Below, piece by piece: positions 1-9,441 of a stretch of DNA of 44,680 bases. Both the position numbers and the translations under genes were made by a program. Origin of the DNA: Klebsormidium nitens. Taxonomy: Eukaryota > Plantae > Klebsormidiophyceae. Below the pieces are notes generated by a model. It searched no databases. It was not told the DNA's origin and was given only the letters and a program-made list of their open reading frames with translations. Each line of letters begins with the position of its first letter. Within the stretch, counting starts at the first letter, position 1. Location: the NCBI GenBank assembly GCA_000708835.1, contig DF237622.1:1-44680 (forward strand). The letters run 5' to 3'.

Positions 1-60
1 TGGTGCAACAAATGAGGCCGCTCATGCTCACTCGCGGTTCTTGCTTTATTAAGTTTCAGG

Positions 61-549
61 GCCTCCTTAGCCAGAGAGCGTTGCCCACTGTCCTCTGGCG
101 GAAGCTAGCCAGCTGCGCACTGCCCGCCTCGAAGCGACAAGTGGCATTGATGCTGGATCTGCGCTGGCGGTTCCGACGTCTGCTCGCCGCAAATGAAACC
201 CGCAACCGCGCCAAGCTCCTGATGATGGCCAGTTGACGCTGCCTCCGCTACACCGCCAGGGAGCCCCTTTCTTTTCAACCCGCACCAAGCCTTCACTTCA
301 GATATCGACTGACATTGACCCGTGAGGATTCTGCTCAGTTGACTTGGAGAAGCGCTGGAGGCGGGGGAGCGTGGACCAGGAGAGCGCAACGGAGCGGGAG
401 TTTGACAGTTGGAGTGGGAGCGACGGGCATGCGGATGCACGATCGAGGAGAGGAACTTCAGCGGGCACCCAGCAGAATGCCTCCTGGCGCAAGCATTGAT
501 GGTGTCGTGTTGGAGTATGCGGAGCGGCCAGTGGTGATTCGCTCAGAGG
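61..549 (+). other. Possible degenerate upstream exon(s) of the PPR locus or of a gene truncated by the window edge
   Basis: Acceptor-like TTTCAG ends at 59 and donor-like AG|GTGAGG lies at 549/550. Between them is GC-rich, coding-like sequence with stops in all three frames. No family recognised. Confidence 0.2.
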
Positions 550-1304
550 TGAGGGGCTCGGCAGGCTGGTGGGTTGCCTGCGACCTCAGTGGTTCTCAGA
601 CATTTTCTTGGGTTCCTCCTGCTGCAATCTCTGTGATTCTTTTCAGCTTTACTCCCATTCGCGGTCGTTTGCTTGTCAGATTGGAGCACTTCTCGACTTT
701 TTTGATTTGAAGGTGGTCACACAGTGTTGCTTTTGTTCGTCTACCGAAAGAACATCGCTACCTGTTGCCATTGAGTTAGCGTTTCGATAGCTGGTGGTAA
801 AAAGTAAGCTCTGCATTCCTCCACAAGTGATTGGTGCTATGGCCGCTGATATTTATTCTTGCTGGCTTCCTTTGCTCAACACTCGGCTAGAGGCCCAAAG
901 GAGGCTCTCACCGTTCAGTTGCGTCGTTCCCTGCTGATGCTCAACCCTAGTGGAGATGCAACGGCCTCTGTCTGTCGGTAGAGAGCAACTGCGTCTTGTC
1001 TGGGCCAGAGTATGAAAGAGTGCTGCAAAACTGCAGAGCGGTCAGTGTTGCCTGGTATGGATCTGCTTTGTCTCCTTGTGCTGTCCGTCAGTCTTGTGTT
1101 AGTATTCACTCTACTTCACTTAACCATCAAACAGTCTGACCATCCCTTGACTCAACCTGAAAACGGGTTTGCTCGTTGTATCATCTACCCCTTCTTCTTA
1201 TCCCTTTGCCAAACTGCACCATTGCTTGCGGCCCTGCAAAAGAGGGGCCGGGAGGCTCACAGTGCGCTAGGATGCTTTGTTGACCGATTGCCTGACCAGT
1301 GCAG

Positions 1305-3340
1305 GACGATCGACACCGCTCGCCGGCATTGCTCCACTGGATGCATGCATCTCGCTTCCAAAGGCCCGATGCACACCGCGCACAGTTGCCGAATCGGACT
1401 GGGGCCACCAGGTGGCAGCCGCAAAGGAGATCTTTGACACCATGAAAAGAAGGTAGTGGAGCACAACCAATTTCAATACGACGCGGTAAGGCCTGGTGTC
1501 ATTGTGTTCGAGTTGGGTTTGCGGGGCTTGGAAAGAAGGCGAAGGTTGATGGATTGTGCTTTGAACGTTGCTTCGTGTTTGTGAAGACAAAGATGGTACG
1601 GAGTTGTGGAGCTGTAATGCAGAGTCTCCTTCTGTCAGCTTGCTTCTAAGTTGGACCATTGGTACTTTGGTTAGGGCCTGTAGACATATGTTGCGCTTTC
1701 AGATTGTGCGCCGTGTCGAGCAGAGGATCAATGGAGGATTTTCCTTATCTTGCTGCGGATTTTCAGCCTAAAGGCCAAACTTTGCTATATAGCATGAATT
1801 GGCTTATCTACTTTCCATTTCACCTCCTCCGAAACCAATGAAACTCATAGGACTTTTTGACGATCATATGCTCCCTCTCCCACTACAGAGGTTGCTGTCG
1901 TGAATCAAGCACCGATGTTGCAACCTGATACGCCGCTTCTGGGTTCCAAAACGTGACCTCACATGCATCTGTCCCTCCCCCCCCTACCAGATGATGGCGT
2001 GTTACATGCGAAACTTCTCGTCCCTGGGGCGCTGTCGCTGTTCCAGGAGATGGAGGAGCGGGCCCTGCTGCTGGACGCCTATACGTTCAGCAACATGATA
2101 AACGCCTGTCAAGGGCAGCCTCGGCCTCGACAGGGCCCTCCAGCTCTTTGACAGGTGAGCCCCAGCTGTTCCCTTTTCACTGAGTATGAGGAATCGGAAT
2201 GCTTCTGACCTGGTCCGGAAGAGCAGGTGGCTGTTTGGCTACTCGGTGGCCACTTCGCATGTCCCCTTAGGACTCTGCTGCTGCCGTTACTCTGGACGGC
2301 TGCTTCAAGCTCTCCTGCCGCTCTTGACACCAACCTGCTCTAGAATCGCACCGGAAACATGGAACGCTTGGCGTTGGCTTTCGAGAGAGCGCTTTCGTTT
2401 ACCTTTTCTTGAACCACGAGCCGTGGACGGGTCACGGTCCGAGCATCTGGTGGGTCCCCAAACTCGTTTTCAGAGCTGGTCTTCTTTCCCAGCCAGGTCC
2501 CAAGAGCTAGGGGCCTCGTACAGTGCTCATTGTCCTGGTCCACGTGGAGTCTGAAAAGCAACCTGACTTTCATCTTTCCGCGGACGGCAGTTGTCATTCC
2601 GGCGACGTGTTGCTCTGGCTGTGCTTGCTCTGGGAAGGATGAGTCTCCTTGCACCGATTGCGAGTTGCACACCTGTTCGTCCCCCTGCGCCTGGGCAACA
2701 AAGCGACCTGGTTGCCCCCCTGGCTATGCTGCCAAGTTGATTGTCCATCTGCCAAGGGTGCCCCGTCAACATGCAATCTTTCCTTGTCATGTAGGATGGA
2801 GCGCTCAGGTCTCAAGGGCGACACGGTCCTCCTCCTGCTTGGGTAACAAAACAAACTTTCATCTGCCTTGTTGCCCGGACAACATGCAAATGTATCCTGT
2901 ATGGACTTGCTGACGTCACCTTTCTGCTCCCCCAGGCTGGAGCGCTCGGGCCTCGAGGGCGATCTCGTTGTCTACAGCTCCCTTTTCCATGCGTGCATCA
3001 CGGCCAATTGCGTCGCCAAAGCCGATGTCAGATTTTATGCTGACGTCATTTTTTCAGTCCCCCCAGGATGGAGTGCTCGGGCCTCAGGAGCGACCTGGTC
3101 GTCTTCAGCTCCCGCCTCCACGAGTGCGTCGCAGCAAACCGCGTCGCCAGAGTTGTTTTTACGAGTCTGCTGATGTCATGCTGAGGCTGACGTCATTTTT
3201 GCGCCACCACACAGGAAAAGAAGAGCGCTCGGTCCTCGAGGGCGACTTCGTCACCTTTAGCGCCCTCCTCCACTCGTGCGTCGCCGCGAACCCCGTCGCT
3301 GACGCCGAGCGCGTTCCTTGAAGAAACGGGCAAAGCCGGG
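1305..3340 (+). pseudogene. Decayed pentatricopeptide-repeat (PPR) protein gene with frameshifts and tandem exon copies
   Basis: Segment 1305-1452 reads ALLHWMHASRFQRPDAH, then after a frame change GHQVAAAKEIFDTMKRR|GT. Segment 1991-2154 reads MMACYMRN / LVPGALSLFQEMEERALLLDAYTFSNMINAC / VKGSLGLDRALQLFDR|GTGAG and needs two frame changes. Four acceptor-led copies follow at 2795, 2936, 3067 and 3215, with consensus (M/L)ERSGLEGDLVVYSSLxHAC. These are P-type PPR helix motifs, but no continuous frame can be built. Confidence 0.65.
2795..3320 (+). repeat. Four tandem copies of a PPR exon head, each preceded by an acceptor
   Basis: Copies start at 2795, 2936, 3067 and 3215 (spacing 141, 131, 148), each right after YAG. 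Copies 2-4 are preceded by GCTGACGTCA plus a pyrimidine tract. Confidence 0.85.
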
Positions 3341-4675
3341 CACTCCTTCAACTTGTCCACATCGAAATGATTCAGCTCTACGTGGGGGCTGGGAGTGCGA
3401 TTGGCCGAGACGCTGTTCTAAAACATGGAGCGCAAGGAGCAGAAGATGGACAAGACGCGATGGATCTGATCAACTAAGTTGCACCTCAGGTTGCGACTTT
3501 CGAGCAAGACATCAAGGACGAATATCTCTGGCACCAAGTCAATGGCACATGCAGGCCGGCCGTCTGATATGTGTTCTGTGTACAGGATTGGCATGCACTG
3601 GGGCAAACTCGGTGACGTGAATCATTGCATGTGGCTTGATCAACCGAGCGTACTCGTGATTACAATCGATGAAAATGACGTCAGTCACGCTTCACAGTGG
3701 TATCCTGACTTATATGTCCCGAAAGACAACGCAGAACTGCCGTGTACGCGCTAGGTTGTGAATGCAAGGCAATCCGAACAAATGTTCCTAACCGCACACA
3801 GCCGGCATCACTTTATTCACGCCTGCCACGCGCTATCCAATGCTGCAAATCGGAGTGCCAACTCATCGAGGCCTCTGCTAAAAGATATGCAACTTATACA
3901 GACAAATCGACCAATATGAAAGCAAGCATCTAGCGTGCGTCATGACTCATCCATTTCAACAGGATTGAGACTACCTGTTTACATGTTTACTAGCTCCTAC
4001 AATCACACTTATCAGGTCTGCTGATTATTTAGCATGTTTTGCTACCTTGTTTGCTTCTATTTTCAATGGGGTCCGACTGCTAGAGACTCTTTGTTGCTGA
4101 TTGACTTAGCGTTGCAGACTGAATGCAAAGTCCAAGCCTATGTAAGCTGCCCATGACCTGCTACGATGACTCATCTGAACGCGGAAGTCTCGGAGATGAT
4201 TGCAGCCGATCTCACAAGCAGCATTGCATCACATTGGTCTCATCAATTTGCATGAGTACTTATGCAGTGACAAAACCACTGCTCGCCGCACAGTGTTTAA
4301 ATAAGGCACCGACCTCCTCGATTTTAGACAAATATTCTGCATACCTCCAGCCGTGCCCTCAGGTACTGCAATTACGAGTGCCAAGCATGAAAGTATACAT
4401 GTTCATTACTTGATTTTTATCTCTTCATTTTCAAGTGCCAGATTGATCCAATCCATGCTGCTTTCAGGAAGTACCACACGACCGTTCCCTATTCTTGCGG
4501 CAGTACACGCGGAGGCTTCGTTCACTTGAACCTGCAGCGCCATGATGCACCTATTTATTCGTCAAAAGCCGTGTCACATGATGCAGAACCGAGCTACGAG
4601 ACCTCAAAAAGGCACCAGGATAGTGCGACAACCTCTTCGCCGGTTGAAAGCAAGCCACGGTGTCTTTTAGATTGC

Positions 4676-7600
4676 CTACGTTTTCGACTTGACATCCGCA
4701 AGCAAATCTGTCAACTGCTCAAGCCTAATCTTTGGCAAACTCATGTCCGGATCCAGCCCGGAGGCCACTCTCAAAAACGGCCAACTCATCATTCGAGCGG
4801 CCGCTTGCTCCTCTACTCCGTCGCCCACCGCACAAAATCTCGTCTCTGCATTACCGCCTCCAAAGCGTTCCCGTATCCACTTAAAGCACTGCAACTTTCC
4901 GACGACCTTCGAGCTGTACACTGGGTCAAATAAAAAGAAATCAAGTCACTTCTTGGAGAAGGTGAACGGGGTAACGGGGAAGGACTCCCGTACGCTAGAG
5001 TGGGTCCGCTGTAATCAGAAAATTGAGGAGCAGAAGAAACTAACGTCTAAGGATATTGCTTGAAGATGGTGGAGAGATTTCTCGCCGTCTATCACTACAC
5101 CGAGACCAGTCACAGTCAGACCGGATCACGCGATCTCCATTCATCGAGGTGTGAGTTGCATATTCCGATTGGGTTGGAAAACGAGCCAGCAAAGGTCAGC
5201 AATCTGCTTAGGCGCAAAGCGCAAACGCCAACAGACGTTAAGGCAAACCGCAGTGAACTCCTGATTTGCTAAAAGAAGACTGCCTTCTGCAGGTTTTGAC
5301 GATTGGTTAATCAAAGTAAGCCGCGGAATGTGGATGCCAAGCAACATTTCAGCACGACGTTCGAGAGAACGCGACTACACATCCAGGCCAGCTCTTACGT
5401 CCGAAAGGGAGGCACTGTGAAGAACAAAGGTCAAACGAGGAAACAGAAAGATACTGGGGATTGCGTCAAACCTGTTACCGGTGGACGCTGTACGTCGCAC
5501 ACTATCTTGCACTAACTCCCTGCTTATAAGGCGTATACTTATGTGTATTATGGCCAAACCCTTGCGAGGGTTTCGATGCGACATAGGCACGGTAGAGGGC
5601 ACCGTTTGGTCTGTTTGGGCGGTGACTCGGTCCGAAACCGAGGTCAAACCCTTGGTCTCCGGTGGCTTATGGAATTTGACGCTCTTGAGAATATTGCTCG
5701 ATAGTGTGCGCAGGGCAGCGTCGACCGGTACCAGGTTTGACGTAATCCCCAGTACTTTACGAAGTTCCAGTCTCCGAAGACCAAGACCACTCACCGTTCG
5801 CGGGATCAATCCAGGGGTCCAGCCTGAACAGGAGGCACTTCGTGAGCGTCGGGATCAGTTGCCCCGACGAGACGAGCACGACCGTCCGCTTCCCGAGCGG
5901 TGGCAACCCGCCTTCACCAGCGCTGTCCGAACCAGGTCCGGCGGTCCGATTCGGGTCGGTCTGTCCGGAGGAGTTCAACCGGGCAGTTGCGCACTCCGCC
6001 AATAGTCTCCTGCCTGCGAAGGAAAAAGTATACGGACGTGTTTCTTAAAGCTGGTAATTCTGTTTGGTGGGTACAGAATGAGTTCGTTGATTGAGCGGCT
6101 CGGAAGGACGAATGCGCTTGGCAGCCTAGGGCCGCCTGCCTGCGATCACGTAGGTGACAACGAGTGAACGTAGTCGTTTTCCTTTCGTACTTGTGAAGCA
6201 GATTGTTCGCGCTTCCGGTTAGAAGAGGGTCCCCTTGTTTGGGAGGCTTCAGAAGTTGCGTGCGCAGCGACCGCTTCTGTAGATGAACGTTCTATATCTC
6301 ACCGGGGCAATTTGGACAAGCTTTGCAGTAAACCATCCCTGGAATCGTCAGAAACCCGAGAGTCTTAGCCCACGAAAAAAAAAACAGCCAGCAATCTGCT
6401 CAGTAGAGGGCGCCAGCCTTCTCTTGCCTTTCGTTACTTTCGTCCGCAATCAAACCGGTACTTGAACGTTCGTCTAATCGTTTAGGAGCGGTTTTTCAAC
6501 CGTTTGGGAGACTGACGACATTCCTCGAAGGGGTTCCAAAACCAGGGAACGCGGGTACGAGACCTAGTGATCCTCTGCTTCGGGATAGGGCAACGGACGG
6601 ACAATCTGTTCGCTGGCAAACGCGAAACGCAGGCCAGCAACACGGAACAGATGACAGTTTCGGCCGTACCTGCGAAGAGCCAGCCCTTCGTGAAACGGTC
6701 CGTTGCTGCATACAGGCCTTGCCATTCGCCCCGCTTGTCACCCGTCAGCAGGTGCGTCGCCCCCTGCGAAAGAAACAGCTTTGGTTGGCATCGATGACTT
6801 CATAGCCTGAGAGGGTGTTTGATACGATTCTCATCTTAAACTTCGTACTGGAAGGAACCACTTGAGAACCTAACATTCTATTGGAGAGGACCACTCCTTT
6901 GGAAACGAGACAATTGAACTGACTGGATGAGGGAGGTTGTCCAAAATGGACTACAATCGAGGAACAGGGCAGCTACAACGTCCAAGCAATGGCCGACTTT
7001 AGAGCACAGTAAATCAAGGATCCGCGCAACTGTGGTTTTTTCTTGCTTAGTAGCATCCAGAGCACGATAACTGTCCAGTGGACGCCCTTGCATACCTTTG
7101 CATAGAGCGCTTGTATGTGGCGGTACAAGTACGCCAGCTTCTGTTTGCCTGCATCAGTGAGAGGCTTTTTGAGGTTTAGCTCCCCGAAATCAAAGTCGTC
7201 TAAGCTGGCCCCATCGTCATTCTCTGCAACATGACCGATGGACGGCTGATCAAACTCCTCCACCTGAAGAATGCATAAAAAGAACGTGTTAGTGACTGAA
7301 CACGTAATTACAGAGCTTCTCAAGTACTCCTAGCGCAAAAGAGAACCACAATTGATCAAGTATTGTTGCGCTTGATTGCAACAGAGAACCCAGTCAGAAC
7401 TACGTTGCTGATGCAAGTAAGGGCGCGGCTCAAGCTGGTAAAGATGATGTGTGTTCTCCACATCTGTGAAAAGATCCAGGAGATACATGTTTAACCACTT
7501 GCAATCGATCCTATCCACGTTACTCTTAGCTTGGTCAGCAACATCTTGCGCCGTTCTTCCAGCTGTGAAACTCATCCACATCAACATGGGAAACGGGACA

Positions 7601-8651
7601 TTGTAAATCGACCGAAGCTGATTTTCAGTTTTAGAGAGCCCTTTTTTGGAGAGTAGGACATCACCTGCTCAAATAACATGGCTGTGTCGCTGATGTCCAG
7701 AATGAGCTTCTCCCACTGCTCCCCGAGCTTCAGCGCCTCCGCCCTGCGCTTCTCGTCCAGGCCTTCCAGGTCCGCGTACTTTCCCGTGAGCAGCGACTGG
7801 AAGATGATCAGCGTCTCGTCCAAGTCCCACACAAACACTATGCCCGGATCTGTTGCTTCCTCCTGCTTCATTGCGTCAGGCACTTCCAACTTTCTCTTCT
7901 TGGTATACTCATTATTTTCCAGTTCTGCCCTAGGGTGTTTCCCAATGGTTGGCATGGCTGCTGTTTCGGGTGGGGCTGTCGGATTGACAAGAGCAGGGGT
8001 GCTAAGTGCTGACTGTTGTTGGCTAGGGGGTGGTGCAGTTTGTGAGTACGTCCCTTGGCTCCAGTATGCATTGTAATCAGGATACTGGCTGGACGTTGTC
8101 GTAGCTCCCTGGTGGTGGAAAGGCGGGGCATCGGAGACTGGCGGCCAGTAGTATTGGCTAGGTTGTGCTGGAGGGTAGTGAAGGCTGGGTTGAGGTGGGG
8201 GGTAGTAAGGGCTCTGTTGTGAAGGGGGATAGTAAGGGCTTTGTTGTGCAGGGGGGTAGGAAGGGCTGGGTTGTGCAGGAGGGTAGTATGCTTGTGAGTA
8301 AGGCTGGTGGTAGGCAGCATATGGATCTTGCGGTGGGGGCGGGTACCAGTAGGGCTGTGATTGGTGGGAAGCTGCATGGGTTGCAGCATCCGCGACTTGA
8401 TGAGTGGTGGTTGGAAACCCCCCCTGCGGATACTGAGGGTAGGGATAGTTCGCCGGAGCAGGCACGCTCGTTTGTGCATGATTGCCAGGATACTGGCCCT
8501 GGTACTGATCAGACGCTGGCTGGTGTCCTTGGTTGTAAGCTGGGACGGCATTGTAATCCACGTGTGCTGCAGAAGGCTCTGAGCTGGGGCCAGATGACAA
8601 TGATGGGTTCGCTGGAGTGTGCCCGGAGACAATTGCTGGTGGCTCAGTCAT
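4676..8651 (-). CDS. EYA: Eyes absent (EYA) family HAD phosphatase with long P/Q/S/Y-rich N-terminal region, 570 aa
   Basis: Coding exons (minus): 8651-7665, 7263-7096, 6763-6670, 6013-5795, 4920-4676. All introns are GT-AG with consistent phases; total 1713 nt. Motifs: HAD motif I VFVWDLDETLIIFQSLL, VLVSSGQLIPTLTKCLLFRL, YSSKVVGKLQCFKWIRERF, motif III GDGVEE. An in-frame stop at 8676-8678 supports the ATG at 8651. Confidence 0.95.
5454..5752. mobile_element. MITE-like element (299 bp, 53-bp TIRs, TA flanks) in EYA intron 4
   Basis: 5454-5506 and the reverse complement of 5700-5752 match at 46/53. TA lies at 5452-5453 and 5753-5754. No coding capacity. A TA target duplication is typical of Tc1/mariner derivatives. 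Confidence 0.75.
8154..8288 (-). repeat. Five tandem 27-bp (9-aa) coding repeats in the EYA N-terminus
   Basis: YYPPAQPSP / SYPPAQQSP / YYPPSQQSP / YYPPPQPSL / HYPPAQPSQ. Plus-strand units start at 8154, 8181, 8208, 8235 and 8262. Confidence 0.9.
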
Positions 8652-9441
8652 TCTCAGGCTGTTTGCCGGGCAGGTTCAGCTGGTTGAAGAAACCCAGAAA
8701 CTTCTACAGGCAACACTCAAAGTCACAATCTTGTTGCACTGCTCTGGAGTCCCTTCATACGAGGAGCTTGTTGTGACGGCACCAAGATTTCTGCGCCCCA
8801 CTACTTTTAACAGCGGCTTTCTTGCAAACGTCAAATGGTGGCGCTTACCATGCAAGACTCGAGAGCTAATTGAAGGTTTGCAGGCGATCAAGGACCGATC
8901 ATCCTTTCTTCCTGTTTCTTCCCCCTTCAACGCTGAGTCACAATCGGGTTAATGTAACAAAATGTGCTGACGAATCTGGAACCACGGGTTCACGGCAAAA
9001 CGGCAACCGTTGACACCCGAGAAATCGAGGGGTTTGGGAACAGGACTTTGGCGGGCGTAGTTTCAAAAATTGGTTAGCACGAGCCTCGCTGCGGCTATGG
9101 ATGCTCTGCTGCTTCTGATCAAAAGCTGTTGAAAGCATGTAAGCTAGAGCCAGCTAGAGCCGCTGCATGGGAAGCCTGGCAGAAGGCTAGGCTCGAGCGC
9201 CCTTGTTCATGTGAAACGGGAAAGCGACTCGTTGATGCAGCTTCGTTGGGCATTGTCGAGAGGACATTCTCCAGGCCTTGTGCCCAACACTTGCCTGCAG
9301 CTAAAGAGCCATGCCAGCGCTAGCTTAAGCCCTGTTGATAGCACGCTAGCTGACAGGTCTTGTTGAGCTTGTTCATTGCTTCTGTTTGCTGGGGTTTGCA
9401 TGAGTAAGGGCCGTCAATTGTGTTAGAACTGTCCTGCAAAG
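8652..9441. promoter_or_regulatory. Divergent (probably bidirectional) promoter and 5' UTR region of EYA and RAD50
   Basis: 790 bp between the two opposed ATGs. It includes a probable EYA 5'-UTR acceptor near 8704 and a cluster of GCTAG words at 9143-9349. Confidence 0.55.

Noticed and set aside
4123-4413. 96-aa plus-strand ORF downstream of EYA
   Set aside because: No motif, codon bias or splice context; it lies in the EYA 3' UTR or intergenic region.
5355-5435. Possible donor-side ghost of EYA exon 4 (CGTTCG...ATCCAGG...CCAGC...GGAGGCACT)
   Set aside because: Blocks match 5795-5850 but need several gaps, and part also aligns weakly to the exon 5 head. Not supportable without a scored alignment.
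7330-7587. Minus-strand ORF in EYA intron 1 with faint resemblance to the EYA exon 1/2 junction
   Set aside because: Only a few scattered residues match, there is no nucleotide-level similarity, and exons 1 and 2 already join in frame.
7678-8776. Overlapping ORFs 7678-8076 (+), 8165-8776 (+) and 7868-8632 (-)
   Set aside because: Antisense or alternate-frame shadows of the repetitive EYA exon 1, with no independent motifs.
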